From positions 87,871-151,870 of the forward strand of contig NVUR01000001.1 in the NCBI GenBank assembly GCA_002401965.1: a stretch of 64,000 nucleotides of DNA, given 5' to 3'. The notes under the pieces are model-generated. The model was not told where the DNA came from. It saw nothing but the letters and a program-made list of their open reading frames with translations, and searched no databases. The translations under genes and the position numbers were made by a program. Positions 55,638-64,000 of the stretch are shown here, in pieces (position 1 is the stretch's first letter; every line of letters starts with the position of its first letter). The stretch is from Alphaproteobacteria bacterium (GTDB lineage Bacteria > Pseudomonadota > Alphaproteobacteria > Micavibrionales > Micavibrionaceae).

Positions 55638-56276
55638 CTATTCAGATTCAGGTGCAGCTTCTGCTTCGCTGCGTAAGCCTTCAACCTCAATACGGATTTC
55701 CACATCATCGCCAACCATCGGCAATCCATATTGCATACCAAATTCAGAGCGCTTAATGGTTGTCGTCGCTGAAAAACCACTGACATATTTACCACCGCTA
55801 AACGCGTGCTTATCCGACTTGTTATGCGTAACAGCCAAAACTACAGGCTTTGTCACACCCAACAGCGTGAAATCACCTGTTATATTCGCCGTTTTCTTAC
55901 CCGTCACTTCAATAGCCGTACTTTTGAATGTCATGGTCGGGAATTTTTCTATATCAAATAAATCTGCACTTTTCATGTGCGTATTCCATTTGTCATCGTC
56001 CATATCAAGACCAGAAACATTAATGCTGACGTCTACGTTTGATTTTTCAGGATGCTCAAGATCAAAGTTGAAAAAACCGTCAAAGTCCAAAAATTCGCCT
56101 TGAGATTTCGAAAAGCCAAGATGATCAACAAAGAATAAAATCTGTGTGTGTGCCTTATCAAAAGTGTAATGCTCCACGTTGATAGGGGTTACGGGTGCGG
56201 CTTTATCTTCCGCAAAAACAGGCTGTATATAAGACATCGCACAAACGGATGCCGCAAGAAATAGAAACTTTTTCAT
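55638..56276 (-). CDS. Periplasmic YceI family protein
   Basis: Signal peptide MKKFLFLAASVCAMS, then YTFDKAHTQILF and TGDFTLLGVTKPV, which are YceI motifs. The start was set at the internal ATG at 56276. Confidence 0.85.
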   Translation of the reverse strand: MKKFLFLAASVCAMSYIQPVFAEDKAAPVTPINVEHYTFDKAHTQILFFVDHLGFSKSQGEFLDFDGFFNFDLEHPEKSNVDVSINVSGLDMDDDKWNTHMKSADLFDIEKFPTMTFKSTAIEVTGKKTANITGDFTLLGVTKPVVLAVTHNKSDKHAFSGGKYVSGFSATTTIKRSEFGMQYGLPMVGDDVEIRIEVEGLRSEAEAAPESE

Positions 56277-56345
56277 AAATATTCTCCTTAATATGCTATG
56301 AATAATCAATCACACTAGACATTTTATAGAGATATTACGAGCTAT

Positions 56346-56549
56346 TTAGAGAAAATATTTTTCATACATCGAAACGCCTGCGTACGCGCCTAAAATCGCA
56401 CAGCCCCAATTCAAAAGCCCGTATTTCCACTTAATATAAGGATCATTCATAAGATCCTCCCGCTTCACATTACGCAAAAGAAAGGTCAACAGCATCAGAC
56501 CACACATAAAGCCACCAATGAGACCAATAATACCTGCAACGTAAACCAT
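56346..56549 (-). CDS. Small two-TM membrane protein (67 aa)
   Basis: The ORF has two clear hydrophobic helices. No family was recognised. Confidence 0.45.
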   Translation of the reverse strand: MVYVAGIIGLIGGFMCGLMLLTFLLRNVKREDLMNDPYIKWKYGLLNWGCAILGAYAGVSMYEKYFL

Positions 56550-56604
56550 TGTCTTTTTCCTTCATTTAGAGTAGCTATGAGAATGATTTAGAAAGTACCA
56601 TATC

Positions 56605-57429
56605 ATGAGTTTATACCACATCATATTACTGGCTGTCATCCAAGGGTTAACAGAATTCTTACCCGTCAGCTCCAGCGGACATCTCGGCCTGTTCCATTGC
56701 TTCACCGATCAATGCGCGCACTGGGATAACGATAACCTGACCATGGATATCGCCGTGCATGTTGGCACACTGCTGTCTGTTTTGCTCTATTTCTGGCGTG
56801 ATGTGATCCGTATGGTGCTTGGCGTCAAAGATATTGGCACGGGCAAAGTGAAAACAGATAACGCGAAACTGACCCTGTACGTATTACTCAGCTCCATCCC
56901 CGTTATTATCGTTGGCTTTATCCTGCATATGTTTGAGCCGGACTGGCTAAAAACGCTGTACGTTATTGCATGGGCGACGATTATTTTCGGGGTTGTCCTG
57001 TGGTGGGCGGACAAAAAAGCACCCGTAGAGCGCGAAATGAAAGATTTAACACTGAAGGATGCTGTACTTATAGGATGCGCTCAAGTTCTTGCCCTTATTC
57101 CAGGAACAAGTAGATCAGGTATTACCATGACCGCCGCTCGTTTCCTTGGCTTCAGCCGCAGCGAAAGCGCGCATTACTCTATGTTACTCGCCATGGTCGC
57201 GATCAGTGGCGCGGGCGCTCTGATAGGCATAGGCCTGATCAAAAGCGGTGATGTTACCCTTGGGATGGACGCGCTGATTGCGGTTGCCCTATCCTTTGTT
57301 TCAGGGTGGGTTTCTATCGCGGTGATGATGAAGTTCCTACAAAATTCAACCTTCACAGTCTTTGCCATCTATCGTGTTATTCTGGGCGCAGGGTTGCTCG
57401 GCCTGCTTTACTCAGGTGTGATCGGTTAA
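56605..57429 (+). CDS. uppP: Undecaprenyl-diphosphate phosphatase
   Basis: LTEFLPVSSSGHL and PGTSRSG signature motifs. Confidence 0.95.
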   Translation: MSLYHIILLAVIQGLTEFLPVSSSGHLGLFHCFTDQCAHWDNDNLTMDIAVHVGTLLSVLLYFWRDVIRMVLGVKDIGTGKVKTDNAKLTLYVLLSSIPVIIVGFILHMFEPDWLKTLYVIAWATIIFGVVLWWADKKAPVEREMKDLTLKDAVLIGCAQVLALIPGTSRSGITMTAARFLGFSRSESAHYSMLLAMVAISGAGALIGIGLIKSGDVTLGMDALIAVALSFVSGWVSIAVMMKFLQNSTFTVFAIYRVILGAGLLGLLYSGVIG

Positions 57430-57966
57430 ACGGATCAGCGTTATTTTCGTATCACCGTACGTCTTCTCATAATCCATCTCACATCCAGCTATTGTACTAT
57501 AAGTGAAGGCGCGCTCTGTCTCGCACACAACCCAGCCCTCAGGCGCAATCCAATCGCCATCAAGCAACCCCTGCAACGCCGCAGAAACTAGCCCCTTCGC
57601 ATAAGGCGGATCAAGAAAAACCAAATTATAAGCTGGTGTTTTCTCTGTACGTGCGCTTATGTTCGTCGCATCGCGCAGAAAAAACTCCGCCTCCACGCCC
57701 AACATCTCCGCATTATCCTGCGCTAAAGAAAGCGAATCCCGCGCCTTATCCATAAACACACAAGACGAAGCCCCCCGCGAGAGAGCCTCCAACCCCAACG
57801 CGCCCGTCCCACAAAATGCATCCAAAACATGCGCACCATCCAAAACACCACGAGATTGCAGCATATTAAACACCGCCCCACGGATTTTATCACTGGTCGG
57901 ACGGATATCATTATTCTTGGGAACAAACAGTTTTCGCCCGCCAAAGTGACCCGCCACTATTTTCAT
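57412..57966 (-). CDS. rsmD: 16S rRNA (guanine966-N2)-methyltransferase
   Basis: RPTSDKIRGAVFNML, DAFCGTGALGLEALSRGA and FLDPPY motifs. Confidence 0.88.
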   Translation of the reverse strand: MKIVAGHFGGRKLFVPKNNDIRPTSDKIRGAVFNMLQSRGVLDGAHVLDAFCGTGALGLEALSRGASSCVFMDKARDSLSLAQDNAEMLGVEAEFFLRDATNISARTEKTPAYNLVFLDPPYAKGLVSAALQGLLDGDWIAPEGWVVCETERAFTYSTIAGCEMDYEKTYGDTKITLIRLTDHT

Positions 57967-57968
57967 GA

Positions 57969-58877
57969 TTATTTACTTTTATTGCGGAATTTAGTGTTTT
58001 TTGACGTATTTCTTCTATTTTCTTGTGATTTTGACGATGATTTTTCAAAATTTTTGTTATTTTCACGAAACGTACGCTTTGCCTTCTCTGGATCTGTACG
58101 TTTATTTAACTTAATATTATTCTCCCGAAAATATTCCCCGATTTGATTACGCATCACGCCGACGCTTACTTCACTGACAGAACCGCGTGACATCTTGCCC
58201 AAAGAAAACGGACCATAATCTGTACGAATTAATCGTGTAACACTTAAACCCAACGCTTCTAAAACACGACGAATTTCTCTGTTCTTTCCTTCACGCAAGG
58301 TCATTGTTATCCATGAATTTGCGCCTGCACTCTCGCGCTCATCAGGCTGCACATCTAACGTCGCCTCGATTGATTTATAACGTACACCCTCAACAGTAAT
58401 CCCGTTTTTCAAGGATAGCAGCCGTTTTTCATTCACTCTACCGTTCACACGTACGCGATATTTACGCTTCCACCCCGTATCAGGTAACTCAAGATGACGG
58501 GCTAGTCCACCATCATTGGTCAGTAAGATCAACCCCTCCGTACTCAAATCCAAGCGTCCAACACTCACCACACGCGGCATCGAATCCGGCAATTCTTCAA
58601 ACACCGTAGTACGCCCTTGTTCATCTCTATGCGTTGTCACAAGACCAGGCGGCTTATGATATAAGAACAGCCGTGTTTGCTCCATAGACGGCAAAGCCTT
58701 GCCATCAACGATAATTTTATCATCCTCAGTCACATTCAAGGCAGGGGAATCAATGGTCTTGCCATTCACTTTAACGCGGCTTTCACCAATCCAACGCTCC
58801 GCATCACGGCGCGAGCAAAGACCCGCGCGTGCCATTCTCTTTGCAATCCGTTCGCCTTTATGCTTTTCTTCACTCAT
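57969..58877 (-). CDS. rluB: 23S rRNA pseudouridine synthase, RluB/RsuA family
   Basis: S4 domain (ERIAKRMARAGLCSRRDAE), the catalytic GRLD motif and a Lys/Arg-rich C-terminal tail. The start was set at the ATG at 58877 (MSEEKHK); the ORF track extends further upstream. Confidence 0.88.
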   Translation of the reverse strand: MSEEKHKGERIAKRMARAGLCSRRDAERWIGESRVKVNGKTIDSPALNVTEDDKIIVDGKALPSMEQTRLFLYHKPPGLVTTHRDEQGRTTVFEELPDSMPRVVSVGRLDLSTEGLILLTNDGGLARHLELPDTGWKRKYRVRVNGRVNEKRLLSLKNGITVEGVRYKSIEATLDVQPDERESAGANSWITMTLREGKNREIRRVLEALGLSVTRLIRTDYGPFSLGKMSRGSVSEVSVGVMRNQIGEYFRENNIKLNKRTDPEKAKRTFRENNKNFEKSSSKSQENRRNTSKNTKFRNKSK

Positions 58878-59343
58878 GACTGATCCTTTCACAGAAAACG
58901 ACCATAGCTGTATGCGCGCCGCATTGGAAGAGGCAAATCGCGCTGCTGCACGTGATGAAGTGCCTATTGGTGCAATTATCACGGATGAGAAGGGTGGAAT
59001 CGTTGCACGTACAGGCAATAAAACTCGCGAATTAAGCGATCCTTGCGCCCATGCCGAAATTCTAGCCATCCGTACCGCTTGTGAGAGCATAAATTCACAA
59101 CGTATTCCGAATTACACTTTATACGTCACCTTGGAACCCTGCGCCATGTGCGCAGCAGCCATATCTTTCGCCCGCATTTCCCGTGTGGTTTTCGGCGCGT
59201 CCGACCAAAAAGGCGGCGGCATCTTGCATGGCGGGGAATTCTACACCCAACCAACCTGCCACCATAAACCAAGCATACAACACGGTTTAATGGCAGAAAA
59301 GTGCGGAGAAATTCTAAAGGCATTTTTCAAACGAAAGCGCTGA
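58876..59343 (+). CDS. tadA: tRNA adenosine(34) deaminase
   Basis: EVPIGAII, HAEILAIR and TLEPCAMC zinc-binding motifs. The start was set at the ATG at 58876 (MTDPFTEN). Confidence 0.9.
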   Translation: MTDPFTENDHSCMRAALEEANRAAARDEVPIGAIITDEKGGIVARTGNKTRELSDPCAHAEILAIRTACESINSQRIPNYTLYVTLEPCAMCAAAISFARISRVVFGASDQKGGGILHGGEFYTQPTCHHKPSIQHGLMAEKCGEILKAFFKRKR

Positions 59344-59346
59344 AAT

Positions 59347-59449
59347 TATAATCGTTTAATTTTATTTTTCACAAGACGCGAAGAATGCCGCGTATAATTG
59401 ATACGCAAACGATGGGCAACGCTGTGAAAGATAAAAGTAGACGATTATA
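59347..59449. repeat. ~100-nt imperfect palindromic element, copy C
   Basis: The 5' arm TATAATCGTTTAATTTTATTTTTCACA is complementary to the 3' arm TGTGAAAGATAAAAGTAGACGATTATA. The central hairpin is GCGTAT-aattg-ATACGC. It fills the tadA/purD convergent gap. Confidence 0.6.
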
Positions 59450-60719
59450 GAGCGCGCCAACCGATATCACGGCGACAAAAACCTTCCGCCCAATCGAGAC
59501 AATCTACTGACTTATAAGCCCGAATTTGTGCCTCGGCAATTGTTGAACCCGTCGCAGTTACGCCAAGTACACGTCCACCAACGCTAAGCACTGCGCTATT
59601 TTCACCTTCGGTTGTACCTGCGTGAAACACGTACGCGCCATCAATTTCATTGGCCTGATCTATCCCTGAAATCACTGTATTTTTCTCATAAGACCCAGGA
59701 TATCCCTTGGCCGCCATAACCACGCACATCGCCGAATCATCAGACCAACTTATCTGATCCTTCATCTCATCCAAGCGTCCTTGCGCCGCTGCCAACAAAA
59801 TCTGCGCCAAATCCCCTTGCATACGCATCATCAACGTCTGGCATTCAGGGTCGCCAAAGCGAATATTATGCTCCAACAACGTCACAACACCGTCTTTCAC
59901 CATTAATCCAGCAAAGAGTACACCCGTAAACGCGCAGCCCTCCGCCGCCATCGCGGCAATTGTCGGCTCAATCGTTTTCTCGATAATTTGCTGTTCCAGC
60001 GCGGGTGTCATGAAATGTGCAGGGCTGTACGCGCCCATTCCGCCCGTATTTAAGCCCGTATCCCCCTCACCAACACGCTTATGATCCTGCGCCGAGGTCA
60101 AAGGCAATATCGTTTTCCCATCTGATAGAGCAAAAAAGCTGACCTCTTCACCCTCAAGGAACTCTTCGATCACAACTTCGTGACCGGCAGATCCGAATGA
60201 GCTGCCCGATAGCATATCGCGTGCGGCTTCGATTGCTTGTTCTTTGGTTTCACAAATAATCACGCCTTTACCCGCTGCCAAGCCATCTGTCTTCACAACG
60301 ATCGGCATATCCGCCTCTTCAATGAAATATATAGCCAATTCAACATCTTTAAATCGGCCATATTTGGCTGTTGGAATATCATACTTAGCGCACAAATCCT
60401 TCATAAAGCCTTTCGAACCCTCAAGTTGCGCCGCTTTTGCAGATGGGCCAAACACATTGATGTTTTCCGCATTCAATTTATCGGCCAAACCATCGACAAG
60501 CGGAGTTTCAGGCCCGACAACAACCAGATCAATGGCATTATCCTTCGCAAAAGCAACCAAATCATCAATCGCATCCACTGAAATCGGAACACATTCCGCC
60601 TGTGCGGAAATCCCGACATTCCCCGGTGCGCAATAGAGCTTTGTGCAACTTTCGGATTGTGCGAGCTTCCACGCCAACGCATGCTCTCGACCACCTGATC
60701 CAATCAATAATATTCTCAT
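59445..60719 (-). CDS. purD: Phosphoribosylamine-glycine ligase
   Basis: MRILLIGSGGREHALAWK N-terminus and the full-length ATP-grasp PurD pattern. Confidence 0.96.
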   Translation of the reverse strand: MRILLIGSGGREHALAWKLAQSESCTKLYCAPGNVGISAQAECVPISVDAIDDLVAFAKDNAIDLVVVGPETPLVDGLADKLNAENINVFGPSAKAAQLEGSKGFMKDLCAKYDIPTAKYGRFKDVELAIYFIEEADMPIVVKTDGLAAGKGVIICETKEQAIEAARDMLSGSSFGSAGHEVVIEEFLEGEEVSFFALSDGKTILPLTSAQDHKRVGEGDTGLNTGGMGAYSPAHFMTPALEQQIIEKTIEPTIAAMAAEGCAFTGVLFAGLMVKDGVVTLLEHNIRFGDPECQTLMMRMQGDLAQILLAAAQGRLDEMKDQISWSDDSAMCVVMAAKGYPGSYEKNTVISGIDQANEIDGAYVFHAGTTEGENSAVLSVGGRVLGVTATGSTIAEAQIRAYKSVDCLDWAEGFCRRDIGWRAL

Positions 60720-60738
60720 AAATACGCTCCTGAATATG

Positions 60739-60806
60739 AATTACGCCCCATACATAGCATGAGAGCGCAGAAAAACAACTTTTGTTATGCGTTATAGGCT
60801 GAAATT
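60739..60806. repeat. 68-nt imperfect hairpin, possibly a degenerate relative of the palindromic element family
   Basis: Outer AATT..GCC / GGC..AATT pairing, a 5' internal loop containing TAGCATGAGAGCGC (compare AAGGCATGAGCGGCG in copy B), and an inner CGCA..AACAA-ctt-TTGTT..TGCG hairpin. It overlaps the putA stop by 2 nt. Confidence 0.3.
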
Positions 60807-63800
60807 ATGCGTCATCACCCATAGAAATCAGCCCTGCATTGCCGCCAGAGGCCGTTGTATCGATGGTAACCAGCTTCTCGACCGCGAAGGCTTGCAAATA
60901 ATGCGGTCCGCCTGCTTTGGGTCCCGTGCCTGACAGAGCCATGCCGCCAAAAGGCTGCACCCCGACCACTGCGCCCGTCATGGAACGGTTAATATAGACA
61001 TTCCCCGCATTAATCGCCTCTATCGCCTGATTTTGGCGCGCCTGTATCCGACTATGCATACCAAAAGTGAGACCATAGCCCGTTTCATTGATCTGCGCGA
61101 TCACATCATCCAACTGATTGACGTCATAACGAATGATATGCAAGACAGAACCAAAGACCTCTTCCTTCAGAACATCAATATGAGGAATTTCATAGATTGC
61201 AGGCATAAATAATCGGTCATTATCGGCTGGTACATTTTTATTCTCTGCCCTGCAAACTAGAGTAGCCGTATTACTCATGTGTTCAACATGCTTATCGAGT
61301 ATCGCCTTGGAATTTTCGTCAATAATATACCCGACATCGGTTGAAAGATGAACAGGGTCACCAATTTTAAGCTCCGCCATCGCCCCTATCAAGATCGTAA
61401 TCACCGAATCCGCAATATCACTTTGCAGATACAGCACCCGCAAAGCCGAGCATCTTTGCCCTGCCGAACCAAAGGCACTGGCGATCACATCATCAACAAC
61501 TTGCTCTGGCAGGGCCGAGCTATCAACGATCATGGCATTTTGCCCACCTGTTTCAGCAATAAAAGGCACAATTCGCGGGTTTTTAACCGCTAGCGTCTTT
61601 TGAATATGCTTCGCCGTCGCCGTAGAGCCTGTGAAAACAACGCCAGCAACATCTTTGTGCGAGACCAGAGCCTCACCAAACTCCCTGCCCTTAGCAAAAA
61701 GGTGCAAAACCTCGTGCGGCACGCCTGCCTTGTGCATTAGTTCAACTGTACGCATCGCAATATAGTGCGTTTGAGACGCCGATTTCGCAAGAACAGCATT
61801 ACCAGATACCAGCGCCGCAACAATCTGCCCCGTAAAGATCGCCAGCGGAAAATTCCACGGACTAATACAAACAAACACCCCGCGCCCTTGTAAAGTCAGG
61901 CGATTACTCTCCCCCGTATAGCCAGGCATCAAAATACCATCCGCAACGAAATCTTCACGTGCGCGTGCGGCGTAATAACGGCAAAAATCTACGGCCTCGC
62001 GCAACTCGTCCTGCGCATCGGGAATCGTCTTGCCCGCTTCATACACCAAAACAGCCATCAGCTCTTGCGCGTTTTCTTCTAAAAGATCGGCAACGCGCTC
62101 AATAATCATGGCACGTTCCTGTACGTCTTTCTTATTCCAGCCCGCAAACCCTTGATTTGCGATGTTAAACGCGCGATCTATGAATTTCAGTTCTATATCA
62201 TCAAACGCTTTACCATCAATAATAGAGCGCACCTGCATTTGGGATTCAGCTTTATAAGCCTCTATATAATCTAACAAAGATTGCGAAGAGGCCGGATCAT
62301 CCAAATCAATCCCACGGGAATTTACCCGATCATCTCCGAAGATATTTTGAGGCAAAGGTATCGAGGGATGACGGTACTCACCGTCATAGCCCCGCACTTG
62401 CATGACAGGATCACGTACAGCGTCTTGCGCAGGAATTTTGGCATCCAGCAATTGATTAACAAACGAAGAGTTAGCACCATTTTCAAGCAATCGCCGTACA
62501 AGGTAAGGCAGTAAGTCTTCATGCGGGCCAACAGGTGCGTACACACTGATTTTTACATCATCATCACCGATTATTTGCGCGTACAGCCCCTCACCCATAC
62601 CGTGAAGGCGTTGAAATTCATAGCTTTTAGCAACTTTACCCGCCATATGCCTGATCGCGACAATCGTATGGGCATTATGTGTTGCAAACATCGGGTAGAT
62701 CACATCGGCGTGGCTAAACAGGGCTTGCGCGCAAGCAAGATAGGATAAATCTGTGTTGCTCTTACGTGTGAAGACGCCATATTCAGGGAAGCCATGCATT
62801 TGTGCGTGCTTAATCTCGCTATCCCAATACGCGCCCTTCACCAGACGTATTTGAATTTTGCGCCCTGTTTCTTTCGCACGTTTTGCTAGATAATCAATCA
62901 AAGGCAAAGCACGTTTCTGGTAAGCCTGCACCGCCAACCCGAAACCATCCCAACCATCCAACGCCGAATCATCAAAAATATTATCGATAATCGCGATCGA
63001 TAAATCGAGTCTGTTCATTTCCTCCGCATCGACGGTCAACGGCAGGTCATACACGGCGGCTTGCACGCACAAAGCCTTTAATTTCTCGGTTACTTCGGGG
63101 ATACAACGGGATTTCTGGCTGTACGTGTAGCGCGGGTGTAATGCCGATAATTTTACAGAAATCCCTGCATTTTGGGCATTTTCATGACTATTATCCTTGT
63201 TTTTATGAGCAATTGCATCAATAGAGGCACTGTACGCCTTAAAATATCGCTTCGCCGTATCTTGATCACGTGCGCCTTCACCTAACATATCATAAGACAT
63301 ACGATATCCTTGTCGCTCCCACATACGGGCATGCGATAGAGCGTCCTTAATCGACGTGCCGAGAACAAATTGCTTGCCCATCATCTGCATGGCTTTAATC
63401 ATCGCCTCGCGAATAATCGGCTCGCCCAAACGAGACAAAGGACTATCCAGTGTTTTGCGCGTCAAGGACATGCCGATGCCTGCGGCTTTGGCCATCCAGT
63501 CTTTAGAGCCACCGCCCTGCTTTTTCAGCCAATTCGCCGCAACAACTTTATCTTTAATCAAAGCATTCGCGGTTTTCGCATCAGGAATACGCAAGAGTGC
63601 CTCGGCCAGACACATCATCGCCAGCCCCTCATCCGTATTCAAGGAGAATTCTTGTAAAAAGGCCTCTAACTGCCCGCCACGACCTTTTTGCGCACGGGTT
63701 TCATCCACCAAATCAATCGCCGCCGCCTGAACATCAGCCGCCGTTTCATCAGACCAATCTAATAAATCAAGCAATTCTGCAACCACTTGGTTTTCATCTT

Positions 63801-63831
63801 TATAGAGATATGAAGAAAAAGAATAAGTCAT
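60805..63831 (-). CDS. putA: Bifunctional proline dehydrogenase / L-glutamate gamma-semialdehyde dehydrogenase
   Basis: An N-terminal PRODH barrel region (YRMSYDMLGE, VKLSALHPRY) is followed by an aldehyde dehydrogenase domain (FTGST, ETGGQNAMIVD, GQRCSALR). It is 1008 aa, with no ribbon-helix-helix DNA-binding domain. Confidence 0.95.
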   Translation of the reverse strand: MTYSFSSYLYKDENQVVAELLDLLDWSDETAADVQAAAIDLVDETRAQKGRGGQLEAFLQEFSLNTDEGLAMMCLAEALLRIPDAKTANALIKDKVVAANWLKKQGGGSKDWMAKAAGIGMSLTRKTLDSPLSRLGEPIIREAMIKAMQMMGKQFVLGTSIKDALSHARMWERQGYRMSYDMLGEGARDQDTAKRYFKAYSASIDAIAHKNKDNSHENAQNAGISVKLSALHPRYTYSQKSRCIPEVTEKLKALCVQAAVYDLPLTVDAEEMNRLDLSIAIIDNIFDDSALDGWDGFGLAVQAYQKRALPLIDYLAKRAKETGRKIQIRLVKGAYWDSEIKHAQMHGFPEYGVFTRKSNTDLSYLACAQALFSHADVIYPMFATHNAHTIVAIRHMAGKVAKSYEFQRLHGMGEGLYAQIIGDDDVKISVYAPVGPHEDLLPYLVRRLLENGANSSFVNQLLDAKIPAQDAVRDPVMQVRGYDGEYRHPSIPLPQNIFGDDRVNSRGIDLDDPASSQSLLDYIEAYKAESQMQVRSIIDGKAFDDIELKFIDRAFNIANQGFAGWNKKDVQERAMIIERVADLLEENAQELMAVLVYEAGKTIPDAQDELREAVDFCRYYAARAREDFVADGILMPGYTGESNRLTLQGRGVFVCISPWNFPLAIFTGQIVAALVSGNAVLAKSASQTHYIAMRTVELMHKAGVPHEVLHLFAKGREFGEALVSHKDVAGVVFTGSTATAKHIQKTLAVKNPRIVPFIAETGGQNAMIVDSSALPEQVVDDVIASAFGSAGQRCSALRVLYLQSDIADSVITILIGAMAELKIGDPVHLSTDVGYIIDENSKAILDKHVEHMSNTATLVCRAENKNVPADNDRLFMPAIYEIPHIDVLKEEVFGSVLHIIRYDVNQLDDVIAQINETGYGLTFGMHSRIQARQNQAIEAINAGNVYINRSMTGAVVGVQPFGGMALSGTGPKAGGPHYLQAFAVEKLVTIDTTASGGNAGLISMGDDA

Positions 63832-63891
63832 ATGCTTATAATATCACGAGAACGCTGGAAATTCTTCTTTTTTACGATTATTATGCTGAGC

Positions 63892-64000
63892 ATGAGTGAA
63901 AAATCGACCCAAAGAAGCAATGTCCCTGAATTTTCAGTATCCGAGCTGGCGTTTTCATTAAAACGTACGTTAGAGGATAACTACGCCCGCGTTCGTGTAC
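63892..64000 (+). CDS. xseA: Exodeoxyribonuclease VII large subunit (N-terminal fragment; continues beyond the window)
   Basis: Hand translation gives MSEKSTQRSNVPEFSVSELAFSLKRTLEDNYARVRV, which matches the conserved XseA N-terminal OB-fold lead-in (..SVSEL...LK..LE.....V.V.GE). An in-frame ATG also occurs at 63883. Confidence 0.7.
   Translation, partial: MSEKSTQRSNVPEFSVSELAFSLKRTLEDNYARVRV

Noticed and set aside
63890-63900. An 11-mer GCATGAGTGAA shared between palindromic element copy A (41601..41611) and the xseA start region.
   Set aside because: At xseA it is simply the start context ATG AGT GAA (M-S-E). No hairpin arms or other element blocks surround it.
1-64000. A search by eye for CRISPR arrays, rRNA or tRNA genes, IS elements, integrases, phage genes, toxin-antitoxin pairs or classical defence genes (restriction, helicase-nuclease, and similar).
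   Set aside because: None was found. There are no regularly spaced direct repeats, no T-loop (GGTTCGAATCC-like) motifs in intergenic DNA, and no transposase- or recombinase-like translations in the ORF track. A tRNAscan/Infernal run would be needed for certainty on RNA genes.

Overview
This is a compact, moderately AT-rich chromosomal segment that looks alphaproteobacterial. The evidence is the ctaC-ctaD / ctaB-ctaG-ctaE-DUF983-SURF1 gene order, a 1609-aa NAD-glutamate dehydrogenase, an IalB-family protein, EttA and a long RNase E. About 50 protein genes are mostly housekeeping: aa3 cytochrome oxidase and its assembly factors, ubiA, gdh, bdhA/aacS, gor, putA, purD, rne, uppP, and RNA-modification enzymes (rsmE, rsmD, rluB, tadA). 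I found no rRNA, tRNA, CRISPR array, transposase or integrase. Items that do not look like ordinary core genome: (1) a tandem array of three diverged ~1000-aa polytopic membrane proteins at the left edge. I read them as DotA/TraY-like (type IVB secretion family), but no other dot/icm/tra gene is in the window. (2) An orphan 1359-aa acidic protein nearby. (3) An 812-aa secreted triple-LamG protein, an SDR and an acidic secreted protein inserted into the cytochrome oxidase cluster. Intrinsic terminators separate these insertions from the flanking cta genes. (4) A family of ~100-nt imperfect palindromes (three clear copies and one possible relative). The arm sequences differ between copies but stay complementary, and each copy sits at a gene end. 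(5) A 580-bp noncoding island with a near-consensus promoter that has no gene behind it. (6) Very tight gene packing, including two head-to-head gene pairs whose start codons overlap in a CATG. All family assignments come from reading the translations and from motif memory. No search was run.
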